Assembly: GCF_006345805.1 (NCBI RefSeq)
Contig: NC_043006.1
Span: 30,008,001 to 30,072,000, forward strand
DNA: 64,000 nucleotides
Reading direction: 5' to 3'
From: Octopus sinensis
Taxonomy: Eukaryota
The notes under the pieces were generated by a model, which saw nothing but the letters and a program-made list of their open reading frames with translations, was not told the DNA's origin and did not search any database. Shown one piece after another: positions 38,057-51,469 of the stretch. Made by a program: the position numbers and the translations under genes. Positions within the stretch are counted from its first letter, which is position 1. Every line of letters begins with the position of its first letter.

Positions 38057-39262
38057 CATCATCATTGTTTAACGTCTGCTTTCCATGCTGGCATGGGTTG
38101 GACACTGTGATTGAAAACTGGTAAGCCAGAGGTGGGGGGTCTGCACTTGGCTTGACATCACTGCCTCCATGAGACCCAATGCATGAACTGTGCCTTTTAC
38201 ATGCCATTGGCATAGGTACCAGTCAGATGGCACTGGCATTGGCCACAACTACAATTTTACTCAGTTTGACAGGTCTTCACAAGTACAGCATATCACCCAA
38301 TGATTGAAGGGTACTTTAAATGGGCCAGTTATGTGACACTGGCATTGGCCACAGCTACAATCTCACTTGGCTCGGTGGGTCTTCTCAAGCACAGCCTATC
38401 TCTAAAGGTCTCGGTTGCTTGTCATTGCTTCTGTGAGGCCCAACATTTGAAGATCGTGCTTCACCACCTGATCCCACGTCTTCCTAGGTCTACCTCTTCC
38501 ACAAGTTCCCTCCACCATTAGAGTGCGACACTTTTTCACACAGCTATCCTCATCAACATGCAACACATGACCATACCAGTGCAGGCGTCTGTCTTGTACA
38601 TTAAATCTGATGCTTTTCTTGTCCAACATTTCTCTCAGGGCATTTACACTGTCGTGTATGCACACTGACATTACCTATCCAGCGGAGCATACTAGCTTCA
38701 TTTTTCACAAGCTTACACATGTCCTCAGCAGTCATGGTCCATGTTTCACTACCATGTAGCATGGCTGTTCACTCTGAGCGAGAGACCCTTTGTTACCAGC
38801 AGAGGTAGGAGATCTCTGAACTTTGCTCAGCCTATTCTTATTCTAGCATCTACACTCTCAGAGCATCCATTTCTGCTATTGACTTGGTCACCTAAGTAAC
38901 TGAAGTTATCAACTACTTCTAGTTTTGCCCCTTTGGCATTTGTTGGAATCTATTTTCTATAGATTTTTGGTGTTTATTGTACTTGTGCACCTTCCACACA
39001 CAAAATCTAATTTCCCTGTTAACCTTCCTCTGATATTGCTGCACCTTTTATGTGTCCATAGCTTTCACCAGGTACATCTATGGGGTTTCTGCCTACGCCT
39101 TTTCCTACAGATCAAGCAGGGCCATCCACCTGAAGGAATTTGTAATTTATCTGCCTTCCCATTTACTAAAACTTTGGTTTTCGCTATGTTAACTCTAAGG
39201 CCCTTTGATTCTAAGCCACACCTGAAACTTCTTCTCTAGTTCTTGTAGTGATTCTGCTATAA
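38057..39262 (-). mobile_element. 5'-truncated RTE LINE with PHD-like insert
   Basis: WPCLIC...WTHKRC...CGRC, LEVVDNFSYLGDQ, ORF 38402-38671 RRLHWYGHV...GRGRPRKTW, 3' UTR and tail. Confidence 0.9.
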
Positions 39263-41428
39263 GATATATGGCATCCAGCTGTAAAAACCTTGCCAAAACT
39301 GAGCTTGCCTGTGCCATGTAAAAAGCACTACTCATCTCACCTGTGCTTGTGCCACGTAAAATGCACTAAGTCCACTCTGCTGAGTGGTTGGTATCAGGAA
39401 GGGAATCCAGCTGTAAAAATCCTGTGAAAACAGTCACAGAAGCCTGATGCAGGCTTTGGCCTGGCCAGTTCTTGTGGTACCATCTCAGCCATGCTAGCAT
39501 AAAAGATGGACATTAAACAATGATGATGATATATGTCTGTGTGTATACACTCATATGTATATGGATATAGACTGACTGCATTATAATTCAGAATGCCTGA
39601 AACATGTATAATGTAGATAACTCTCTAGTTTCTTATTTGAAAACCTTCATTATGCAGATTGAGACGATGTGGAGTAAGCGGAAAAATAATTGGCATTCCT
39701 CTTTCATTGGAGATATATTCATCAGCAAATATGTTACACACACACACACACAAACACAATCTTTATACATCATTGTTGTTGTTATTTTTTTAATTGTTTT
39801 CCATACTAACATAGAAAGCAAACACAATTTAAGGTATTAATCATAATGAATTTGTGTGTGTGTGTGTCTGTGTGCAGCTCCTGTGGTTAATCTGCAAAAA
39901 TGTTTTGTTGGTTTTATTTTGTTTTTGTGTATTCTACGTAATTTTCTAGTATTTTTCTTTTTGATCACAAAGCAAAGTGGGAGCTCAGTAGTAGCCTGAA
40001 TAATTGTTATTCAGTTATTGGGTTAGATCTTACAATCTCTCTCTCTCTCTCATTTAATCTGTGGGAAATCCTATAGCTGTTTCATTCTCCACTGAAACTA
40101 CTCAGTCATGAAGTAGGAGTGGTGCTTTTATATGAAACACTTGAACTGAGATATGCAGTAAGTACTACCCAGATCTCTTTTGAATTCAGGCATGCATCAT
40201 AATTATGATCCAGTCTGGATTATAATGAAGAAAAACTGATTTTAGGAGGTAAACATTCAGTCACCAACACTCCAGTTACAGGAACTCTAGTTTAGTACTT
40301 TGCTGTTAGCAAGTTTAGAGAGATAGAGGATAAGTCTGTGTGACTCCAATTTAGATCCTTCTTTCTTTTGTGAGTCATTTCTTATGTCCTAGCTTTATTG
40401 TGTAACAAGCATAGCTGAACACTTATTAGGTTGGTGTTAACATATTTAATATATAGAGCATTGAAAATCTTGTCATGTGGAAATAAATCAGCTGACGAGG
40501 AAAAATAATGCTTGTCAATTATTAAAGTATTTCATTATTTTGCCTCTCACCTGCCGGTGGTGATAAAGAACCAGTCTAGTAATGAGCTTAATGGTATCGA
40601 CTACCCACTGCCTCTCAAAATTGTTGGCCTTGTACCTAAATTAGAAACCAGTTTTGCAAGTAAGGGGGTCAACTCAAGACATAATCCGAACTTGTTTTGA
40701 CCTTTTCAGTGAAGAAAAACCTCTCTGTGCTTACTGAAAAATCAAAAATAAGAAAATATACATAATAATACATTTGTTTATTGGTGTAGGTAGAAAAAAA
40801 ATCAATAATTCTGATTATTAAAGAATAAATAATCATTCATTACTACTTGAGTTCCATGGAATCTATACTTTGCCAAAGAATACTGAGCATATTCAGAGTT
40901 GTTTCCCTATACTTGCTAGAAAAAGGAAGAATAATAAAACAATATTTATCGTTTTCTTCTCACTGTATATTTCTTCTAAATGCTTCATTAAATCATTTAA
41001 CCTTATTCAGCTATTGTCATCTCATAAGCTATGAAAATCTAGAAGGATTTTGCATGTTACTTTTTTTACTTATAGATAATAAATAAAACATGGGTTGGCA
41101 TTAGGAAGGGCATCCAGCCATAGAACCCATACAAAAGCTGATACTGAAATTAGGCATAGCCCTGCAGCTTGCTAGATCCTGGTTAACCACCAACCCATGA
41201 TAGCTTGAAAAACAGACATTTAAATGATGACAATGATATTCATATGGTTTGTAAATATAGTCAGACTCTACTTGACCTTTTAAATGTTACTTGCTAATAT
41301 CCGGATTATTTTAGTGTTGTGTAGTTGAGTGTATTGAAGAATCTCTTATCAAACAGTAGTGGTAACACCTGTTGTTGATCGGGTAATTACATTTACTGTT
41401 TCTTAGGAGCCACATTCAAAGTATTATT

Positions 41429-41675
41429 CATCATCATTGTTTGACATCCGTTTTCCATGCTAGCATGGGTTGGACGGTTCGACCGGGGTCTGGGAAGCCA
41501 GAAGGTTGCACCAGGCTCCAGTCTGATCTGGCAGTGTTTCTACAGCTGGATGCCCTTCCTAACGCCAACCACTCCGTGAGCGTAGTGGGTGCATTTTACA
41601 TGCCACCGGCACAGGTGCCAGGCGAGGCTGGCAACGGCCGCGATTGGTTGGTGCTTTTTATGTGCCACCAGCACA
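41429..41675 (-). mobile_element. Young RTE LINE 3' end (CpGs retained)
   Basis: Near-consensus copy of the family tail. Confidence 0.85.
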
Positions 41676-41759
41676 GAATTATATATATATTTTACTCCTC
41701 CTATATGTGTGTATTTTATAAAAGAAAACATATAATAATTGAAGTAGAAAAATGATCGA

Positions 41760-42342
41760 TGTCATACATGCGAAGTTATTGAGGCATTTATGTTGCATTA
41801 AGAATGAATAGTTCTTTATAAACAATGGTTTTTGTTTTATTTTGGGGTGCATAAAAGATTTGCTTTTGTCCCACATGTGATGCTCCCACATAAAGTTAGC
41901 CATGTGAAAAGCAGGGTTCTTCAAGTTGCAACCCAGCAACTTTTAGTGTTTGGCCCTGAATGTTACTAATGCTCATGGCAAAAGAAAGTGAGGTAGGAAA
42001 CTGTAACTGCTTAAATTGGAATGGGACATTAGATGGTATAACTGGTATGTGAGGAATGAAAACGGTCTCACCTTTACCACAACCATTGAGAATATTTGCC
42101 TCACTGCAGTTCCTCATAAGTTTGTGCATAATTAGTGTTGTACCATTGCATAATTTTGGTTGAGACAAATTAGGTAATAGCATAATAGCTTCCCCTGAAC
42201 CAGGTACTTTCATTTTGCCGGAGAAAGAAAGACACAGAATTTCGATTTTTAATGTATAGAGAAAGCATAATAGCTTCCCCTGAACCATTTACTTTCATTT
42301 TGCTGGACAAACAGACAGACTGAAAGAATCTCTTTATATATA
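41760..42342 (-). mobile_element. Non-autonomous Helitron carrying a PIF1 helicase C-terminal fragment
   Basis: PKLCNGT, VFIPHIPVIP, FKQLQFP..LSFAMSI...QGQTLKVAGLQLEEPCFSHG*LYV are Helitron RepHel PIF1 C-terminal motifs. Confidence 0.9.
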
Positions 42343-43959
42343 TTACTGTCTTTGCTATGTCAGTTCCTGTACAGTCATGTCAAATTTGATATTTTATCAA
42401 CAGCAACAGTGTTATATGAGGAGCACATACATGAGTGTGTCTTGTATGTTTAACTATGCAATTGTCCTGTATTTTGGGATCTTTATTACAAGGTGTTTTT
42501 GTTATTGGCAATTGGTGTGTTTATACCATTGTTTCATTGTTGTTGCCTTTGATTTTTATCTCCAGATGCTTTTTTTTGTCTTTCAACTGAATATTCAAAC
42601 TGTAATATCAAGCATCTTAAATAATTTGAATCCTGTGTAAGTAATTAAAACAAATGCGATACTATGACATGACAATATATTACCATAGCAACAACATCAC
42701 ATCTGGAAAGGAATTAGTTTATTTGATTTCATTGAGAATTGCTTATTACACCATTCACAATGTTTGTTCCTGTATTGGTTGTCAAATCATAATCTTTATT
42801 AATAGTGTGGAATATCATTGAAAGCTTGAGGGACTGATTCAACAGTTTGTTCACTATTGATATTTGTGTCATTGTTTATTTGGTCTTCTTGAAATTAATA
42901 TATCCTTGTCATTCTTAAGAATCACAGCTGGGTTAGATCCTGCTTGAGATATAGGTCTACCATTTCCTGTGCTTGATAACAAAATAGCCATCAAATGGAT
43001 TAAATCTTTCTGAGTGAGGGCTTATTTGATTAATCATAAGTATACTGCTCAAATATATATTAATTGAACTTTTATTTGGTGAATATACTTTTAAACTCAT
43101 TTTAATTGTTGCAACTATCAACAATTCCGTTTGATTTTAGATAATATGGAGGTGTTTTCATATGTTTATATTCATACTTAATCTATTATAATGTGAAAGT
43201 CACAGCAATTGCCAGACACTGCCTCCAGATCATCATTTTTGGCAAACACAATGCTAATACCTGCCAAACTGTTTCCGTTTTTTTTATTCCTCACTCTTAT
43301 TACTCCTGACTATTCAGTGTTTGCATCAACAGCTATTAAGAACTGCCCTAAATTATTGAGAAAGCTACAATCCATTTGCAAACACTTATCCTTGCTTTGA
43401 TTTCTTTAGACTATGTCTGCTATGGAAGTAATTCTAGTTTTATTGTAGCACATATCAGATATCTTCTTACATATTTTTTCACATCGTCACAGTTATTTGG
43501 CTACCAGAATTCCTATTTCAACCAACCAGAGTTCCTATTTCCAATAATGTACATCTTTATGGACAACATTTATCATCAATGTTCTCAAACAGGTTGATAT
43601 AATAATTCCTCCTCACACTAGATATCATCTTCAACTTTTAACTTATTCTTTGATGTGTTAAATGTTCTTTCATCAAGAGTCAGAGAAAAATATTATCATT
43701 GATAGTTTCTAACTTTTTATTTTCATGTTTCTACAAGATGGATGTAAAAAAAACCAATTACCCATGACATCACTGTTATGTAAAGTAGCTGTAGTTACAT
43801 ATGATCTTGTATATCCAGGAGCTTTATTCAGTTGAAAATCCAAGATTTGACATTAAACTGTTGTTAGTTGTAGCCACATGCAAACATATAAAATGCATAC
43901 AATACAGCAGTAACAATATTAGCATAACATGCTACATCATTGTTATTAAAAGATACTGC

Positions 43960-44068
43960 TGAGATTTTCCAGTCAACACCGACAGAATGATCCAGGCTAA
44001 TCGACTAGACATAATTATTAAAGACAGGGAAGAAAATACTTGTAGGCTAATAGTTGTAAGTGCCCCAG
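43960..44068 (+). mobile_element. Restriction-like endonuclease fragment of an R4/Dong-type non-LTR element
   Basis: *DFPVNTDRMIQANRLDIIIKDREENTCRLIVVSAP resembles WDF.I.TDR.I.ANRPDI......C.LIDV..P. Confidence 0.65.
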
Positions 44069-45068
44069 CATGGCCACTGTCTAAGGACTGAAACAAGTAT
44101 AAAAAATATAAAAGATAAAACATATAAGCTCCTGATGAAATGACTGACATTTTTGCTTGGGTTATCTTTCATTTTGCCTCCTGTTTAACTCTGAACCTTA
44201 CCTAAATAATCAATAAACTAGAACATGATGGGATTAATCTTCAAAGCTGACCTTATTTACTATATGGTACCTTGGTACCCTCACTATGTGGAGGCACATG
44301 GTTTAGTGGTTAGGGTATTGGACTCTTCATCATAAGATTGTGGTTTCAGTTCCTGGACTAGGCGATTCATTGTCTTCTTGAGCAAAACACTTCATTTCAC
44401 ATTTTTACCAACTAGTAAAAATGAGTAATCCTTCAATGGACCAAATGTCCCATCCAACATCAGAGAAACCAGAAAATTGGCCCCATGTTCCTTACAGAGT
44501 AATGTGGACTAACCACCCTCACTGTATGCTCCTTCTATCATTATTATTTTGGTTTCTACTTTAATCTTTCTAGCTGTACCTCACCTTAACTTTAACCCAC
44601 TCGTTTCTACTCTTATTGCTCTAATCGTTAGTATCGTTCCTCTTTAACTATTAGTATTGTTTCTCGCCTCAACCCCGACACCAAACATTACACACAGCCC
44701 CTCACTTTTGAGAACTGCAGCGTTAGGGAAACCTATTTCATGTGTTCTTTCAATAAACACCAGCTTTTAAAGGTTATTTTTAAGTTCTGTCTCATAAGTA
44801 TTCTACTCTGTTTATCAAACATTGACAACAATGACTTGGGATGGATTTGTCAAACAAATACATCTACCAACGTCCTTTCTAAATTATTTCCCTTCAAAAT
44901 TTAATCATAAGCAGTTTTCACTAAACACATGGTCTTTGTCTACTTGTTGTTTTTTTTTATTTTATCTATTCTGACCTATAAATGTTTGGTCATTTAAAAT
45001 TATCCCATAATCATCAATTTGAGTTTTTAAATTACTGGAAAAGTGTTTATACTTGTGAATTATATTAA

Positions 45069-45088
45069 CACTTAGCATTTAAACTAGC

Positions 45089-45133
<45 letters not shown>

Positions 45134-45440
45134 TTAGCGTCTGTTTTCCATGCTAGCATGGGTTGGACGGTTTAACTGGGGTCTGTGAAGCCGGAAGGCT
45201 TTATCAGGCCCAGTCAGATTTGGCAGTGTTTCTACGGCTGGATGCCCTTCCTAACGTCAACCACTCCGTGAGTGTTATGGCCAAACTGGCTATATCCAGC
45301 CTCTCACACCTACTCTATAATGTCATTCTAAAATAATCACATCATTGAATTCTCAAAGCTGTGAGATAATGCTTGATTAATTCAAAACAATGTAAATAGA
45401 TAAGCATTAGATTTGCGAGAGTAATCTAAATGCTAAATGG
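45069..45440. mobile_element. piggyBac-like MITE interrupted by an RTE 3' end (~45089-45277)
   Basis: ttaa-cacttagcattta ... taaatgctaaatgg-ttaa. Confidence 0.7.
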
Positions 45441-47665
45441 TTAAATTTCTTGTGTAATAAAACAGTTATGTGAATACAGAGGTGGTTTTTGTTATAATTT
45501 TCAGTATTCTATATATAAACACTTGCTTACCTTCTGATAGAGAAAAAATTGATACTTAAAGCTATAACTTTCAATAAATCAATTGTGTTTAGACATGCTG
45601 ATAATGAACATCCTATCTACTTTTACAAAGTATTGCTAGAAAAGATTTATACTGGACAGTTATGTTAATTTTTTTTCCAACATCAAATGATTTATTCTTA
45701 CAAACAAACATCTCTTATATTCATCATTGCACACTTCCATACGTCAACATAAATGTGTGTGTGTATATGAATGATTATATAAGTTGTTTCCATCTGGTTT
45801 CTTCTCTGAGATCTGTCCAGATTTTTTAAGCTTGCTAACGTAGCTCCCCAAATTTATCATTTCATGCAAATTTACTCACCAAAGAGTAATTATTGCAATT
45901 TAATCCTGCGATTTCAAAGAAATGGACTTTAATCTTCATTTTCTACTTAAAATGGAATAAGTGTTCCATTACTCACTAGTTTAGTGGTAATCTCTTTGCA
46001 GTCTGGTACTAGCTGAGGATTATGATGATGGTGTTATTCTCTCTCTCTCTCCCTCCCTCTCGCTTCTAGATAAATAAACATTGGTAGAATAAAAAGACGA
46101 GAAAAGAAAAAGTTAGCTTCAGTTGTATGAAATATTCTGTTTGATATTTCATGAATTAAATTGAAATTGACAATTTTGAATTATTTTTAATTAATCTTGC
46201 AAGCTGGAAAAAATTGGTAATATTTTAAAAGAAAAAATCTGAATCTTTGTGCTTGTGTGTTTTCTTATAATTCCTATGGATTAGATTATGAAGGTTTTTG
46301 CCTTCTTGTTTTGATAAGTACTGTCAAAAAATATTGTGCTTTATATTGTACTTCACAGCCCCTATTTCACTCCCTCATCATGTACAAACAGCAAGAAAAT
46401 AGGTGTTTCAGTTATTTTTTTTCTGTTTTAACCAGTTTACTACAATGCATGCTTTGGTATCTAAAAAACAGTTGTGAGAAAGTTTGTTTTATTAATGATT
46501 ACTAAGAAAAACACTATTTCCTTTTAAATTTATTTAAGCAAGTTGTCCCTACCTTCGAAATGCAGAGTAGATAAAACAGGGGACAACTGATGAAGGGAAT
46601 GTTCTTTATGTTGCCTGTCTCGTTTCTCTATTTGTTTCTTTTGTTGTTCATAAAATAGTTTTTCTATGATTTTGTTTTTTATGTTCTCGTTTCTCTTTTT
46701 GTTCATATTTTTTTTATGTCCTGTACCCATATATGCATGTATATATACATATATATGTAGGTATGTACATATATGTATATATATATGTATGTATATATTT
46801 ATATATTATTTATATAATATGTTTGTTGAGCTACAGGTTGTAGCAAAGATTAAACTAGTTTTTAAAAATGAATATAAAAGAAATACAGATTATATAGAAA
46901 ATAAAATTAGTTACAGCAGAAATCAATGACATGGAAATAGACTTCTACATAAGCAACACAATTTCTTTCAGATATTGTCGACTGTAATTGGAGTGCAAGA
47001 TTGCAGTAAAAAAAAGCTGACTTGATATTGTAGAGAAAAAATATTTTCTTTTGTTTTCATTTTAATATCTGGATTTGCAAACGTGAAATATTTCTTTTGA
47101 TTATGGAATGGAAGGGAGTGAACATCAAGTGTAGCACTGTTTGTAACTGTTGTGAAAAGAATTGTTAAACAGAGCCCCCCCCCCGTTTTTAAGTCAATAT
47201 CTCTAAATTACATATCTCAATTTGTGGCACATAGTCATAGTTGTTGTAACTCATAATATCCTTAAGTTTTTTTAACATACTGAAGCACTTTGAGAATTGT
47301 TTTACACTACCCCGAGTTCACGAGAAGAATTCCTAGAGCAATTGCTCGATGTGGTTAGTTTCAGCATTGATAAGTGATTTTAATGTTTCTATATTTTTTC
47401 ATACACTCTTTAAGCAGAATGACCAAATGATTGGAGTTAGAATTACTTACACATTTCATTAATAAATGCTGTTCCAGTATGTTATTTTTCTGAAGTATTT
47501 ATATTCAGAATGAGCTGTTACACGATTTCTATTTAGTTTAAATGTTTTAAACTATTTACTATACAGTGAGATAGTATCTAGTGTTATTTCAACATTCATT
47601 TTATGATGTTGCATCAAACAGCCCTGGCCACCGTTTTCTCACACTAAGCGCCAAGAAGGGGATTC

Positions 47666-48250
47666 ATCATCATCATCATCATCATTACCATGATTTAACA
47701 TCTGTTTTCTGTGCTGTCATGGATTGGATGGGTTGACAGGAGCTGGCAAGGCTGGGAACCACATCAGGTTCCATTGTTTGTTTTGGCATGTTTTCTATGG
47801 CCGAATGCCCTTCCTAATGCCAACCTCTTTACAGTGTGGATTGGGTGCTTTTTTATATGGCACCAGCACCAACAGGATCACCAAATACCTTACAAGACAA
47901 AACCCCCTCAACTGGGAGAGGGGAGAGTAGTATTGAGGGTGTGTAGCTTTATGCCAGTTGGAGAAATTAAAGGTATAGAGAGACAGAGATAGGTGCCTTG
48001 TTGTAGAGTTAGAAAAGAAAGAGCGGGAGTGATGATGGCGAAGATGTGCCATGACATACCCTTGAGGGACATTGGGTGTGGTGAGATTAGGTGAGGTGAT
48101 ATAGAAGTTTGGACTGGGTGAGTGAGTAGGATTGAGGGGACTGTAGCAGATGATAGAAAGAAATATATAGGAGGGGGTGTTGCGGTAGATATCTGAGGAC
48201 ATTGAGGGTGATAGCAGGTGAGTGAGATGTTAACAATGGAGAACAAGATG
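47666..48250 (-). mobile_element. RTE long-3'UTR subfamily copy; partial inverted copy at 50520-50655
   Basis: (CAT)n tail and atgcccttcctaatgccaacc; 48115-48248 is the reverse complement of 50520-50655. Confidence 0.75.
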
Positions 48251-48540
48251 GAGAAAAGAAAGGTAACTGAGCAGGTCAGAAGATGTAGTACTGTGGTTAT
48301 TCTGCTCTCAGGTGATGGAGGAAATGATGAGTGTTACTAATTTAATGTATGTATTCATACTTATTCGTAAATGAATCTGTGTAATGATATACATATCCAG
48401 TATCTTTACATGTGTGCATCCAACCTTCAAGTTTTATATCCATTGGTCCTTTTGGTTCCAACTCAGTCATCCATGCATGTAAATAGTGAGAATTGAATTT
48501 TAAATTAATTTTTACTATTATTCATTGCTTTGTCTTTCAG

Positions 48541-48603
48541 ATTGGTTCTGCTAAGGGAAAACTGAAGAATTTTGTGATTGAACCCTTTATTTCGCACAAC
48601 CAG
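48541..48603 (+). CDS. ACLY: ACLY coding exon 3 (IGSAKGKLKNFVIEPFISHNQ)
   Basis: Matches the ACLY G.LKNF.IEPF..H.Q segment; tctttcAG / CAG|GTACAT; 63 nt. Confidence 0.95.
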
Positions 48604-49990
48604 GTACATTGTTTTTGATATTTTATAATTTCCTTATTGTTATCATACATTTGTTTCATTCTAGAAATCATTACATGACTAATTATGGGATTTATTATTA
48701 ACATCTTTATATTAAGCAACTAACTGTTGCTTATTCACAGCCTGTCAGCTGTTCCTGCTGAAAAAAGTTGATCATGGGTTGGAAATTTATATGTATGTAT
48801 GTGTGTTTGTGTCTCTGTTTGTCCCTAGCACTGCTTGACAACTGGTGTTGGTGTGTTTATATCCCATAACCTATCAGCTTGGCAAAAGAGACCAATAGAA
48901 CAAGTACCGGGTTTAAAAATAAAAGGTCAATTCGTTTGACTAAAATTTGTTCAAGGTGGTGCTCCAGCATGGCCACAGTCTGACTGAACCAAGTAAATGA
49001 TAAAAGATATATATATTTATATGTATGCATTGTGGAATATGGCCCTAGTGGAAATAAACTGAACTTACAAACTTTTATTTCTCTAGTCCATGAAGTAGTA
49101 GTAGTAGTAGTAGTAACACATGTTTATTGGTTTAAGCAACCCATAATGTCTTATTTCATTAGTAACAGCCATCTTGACTGAAGTTGGTGCTCAATTTACA
49201 GATTGCTTTCTCAGATAGTGTTATATGGACTTCATCTTTTATTTATTGCTATTTGTTGTGTAGTTGTTTGTTGTCTTTTATGTAACTTAAATCTCATTGA
49301 ACATGGTTGCCAGTTTAACTCTAAACATATTCTGCTTTCTCAGTTTAATTACTTCATTTTTGATTAGAACTTCTCCATGTTTTGGGATTCTGATATTTGG
49401 TAACTTTCATAAAATTAACTTATACAAATAATTTCAGCTAAGAAATATTTACTTACACACGTGTTGGGTGTGAAATTATGATGTATAATAAGTTTTCCAT
49501 GAATAATAAGGCTATTTATTGTCTAAGTGTAAAGTTAGGTTTGTGAAATAGAATAACCATGTGTATCAGTTTACAGGTTTGTGCCATTTACTTCATTGCA
49601 GTATGACATGTCATGGATTTGGACCTCTGTGACACTGCCAAGTGTTTGATGGCTATCTCTGAATTATAGGTCTCTAAATAAATTGGGACTACTCAATATT
49701 AACAGGCATTGTTTATATATTCATGGCAGATTTTGAATTCGGAATCGTGATTTAGTGGCAAGGAATTTAGTTTTGAATGAGAGATAGAAATGCACAATAG
49801 AGTTTGGTTTTCCGTCCTATTGTTGAAGTCATTGGAGAAGGGATCAGGCCGTCACCAAATGGTGATTCAGTATCTGATGATTTCATGAAAATTTTCTTAA
49901 AATATGTTTTAAACAATTTATTAACTTGTCTTGATTTTTCAGAATTACTCGATATATATTTAGGATTTAATTTGATATTTTATTTTAAAG

Positions 49991-50089
49991 GCTGAAGAAT
50001 ATTATGTGTGCATTTACTCCCAACGCTATGAGAATGTTATCCTGTTTCATCATGAAGGTGGTGTCGATATTGGAGATGTTGATGCTAAG
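49991..50089 (+). CDS. ACLY: ACLY coding exon 4 ([33 protein letters not shown])
   Basis: [16 protein letters not shown] motif; ttttaaAG / AAG|GTAAAT; 99 nt. Confidence 0.96.
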
Positions 50090-51351
50090 GTAAATGTTCT
50101 TGCAGATTTATTATCTATTATAGTTTGTCACAATAATGTATATGTTCATTACATTTCTGTCCTATTTCACTGTAATTCATTGCAATTCTACTATTCTTTT
50201 TGAGATGCATATCTTCCTTCCTTATCTCAAACTCGTCTCTACTCCTTTGATTGGATTCTAGTTTCATTCTAAAAAGTGGAGTTTACACAAACACAAGCTA
50301 GTACTTAAACATTAATAACAAAGGCTTCCACTTTGGTTCTATTTAAATAGATGGGAGATGTTTTGATATCTGCTTAAACTACTCCAAGCATTAGCTGTTG
50401 TTTTATTACCTCTCATCTTGCTTTGAGTGTATTTGCCTCAGTTTGCTTTTCTCTGAAGTCATCATCACCAAAGACATCAGTGTACACAGTTGCATTTGGC
50501 ACTTTCACATCCTGTACCAACATTCTGATCTCCATCGTTAACATCTCACTCACCTGCTATCACTCTCAATGTCCTCATATCTACAGCAACCCCGCTCTCC
50601 TATATATTTCTTTTTATCATCTGCTAAGTCCCCTCAATCCTACTCACTCACCCAGGAACTGGTGCATCAGTTCCTTCAACTATTTCTTACTTCTCAACCC
50701 AACTATTACATTTTCTTTCTCTAATCCCTCTCTTACTTTTGAGGCTAAACCAATTCTGTGCTGACTCATCTTTGCAATAAACGAATTCTTCCTTGACCTA
50801 TCCTGAAGCAGCTAAACAGGGGACTGCTACCCTCTGCCTAGCTTTGTTGTCTCAGCATCCATCACAACCAAAACCAAAATGGTTCACATACAGCTGTGCT
50901 GCAGTTAAACAACTGAAGAATATTTCCTACAACACAACACTAGGAAGTGCTTATTCCTCATCAAAGCAACCTCAAGTGCAACAAATATTCAAGTACTGTT
51001 CATATTGTTGGAACACATTCACAAAAAGGAAGGCTGTTCATCTGATTGGCCAGGATTCATTATCACTAATACCTATATCAATCACTAGCTCACTGATGTG
51101 CTGTTTCTTTTCTCTGTCTACCATTTCCACCCAAGTCCAGCTGATGCACCCATATCTGTTGCTACCCCTACTTTGTCTCACTCCTCACCTCTTCACTAAA
51201 CATTGCTCTGCCGTTCTTACCCAACATTGCAACCCTCTTTGATCATTTTTTTTTCCCTTCAGAAGTTTAAATTAAACATCATATTCACCTTGCGGTTTTA
51301 GTGTTCCTGCAAGTGACAGAAGTACAGCCTCTTCATCTCAAAATAAATAGA

Positions 51352-51382
<31 letters not shown>

Positions 51383-51469
51383 TGTTTATGAATTACTAAT
51401 GGTTATGGTAAAAGAAATTCTACTTTTTATTTTAAAAAATCTGTAATTGTTATCCATGTGCATCATCTT

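Noticed and set aside
40488-40552. Possible hammerhead ribozyme (CTGACGA followed by the stem gaggaaaaataatg/cattattttgcctc)
   Set aside because: The GAAA core does not follow the stem and no stems I/III are evident. At most it is a decayed TE hairpin.
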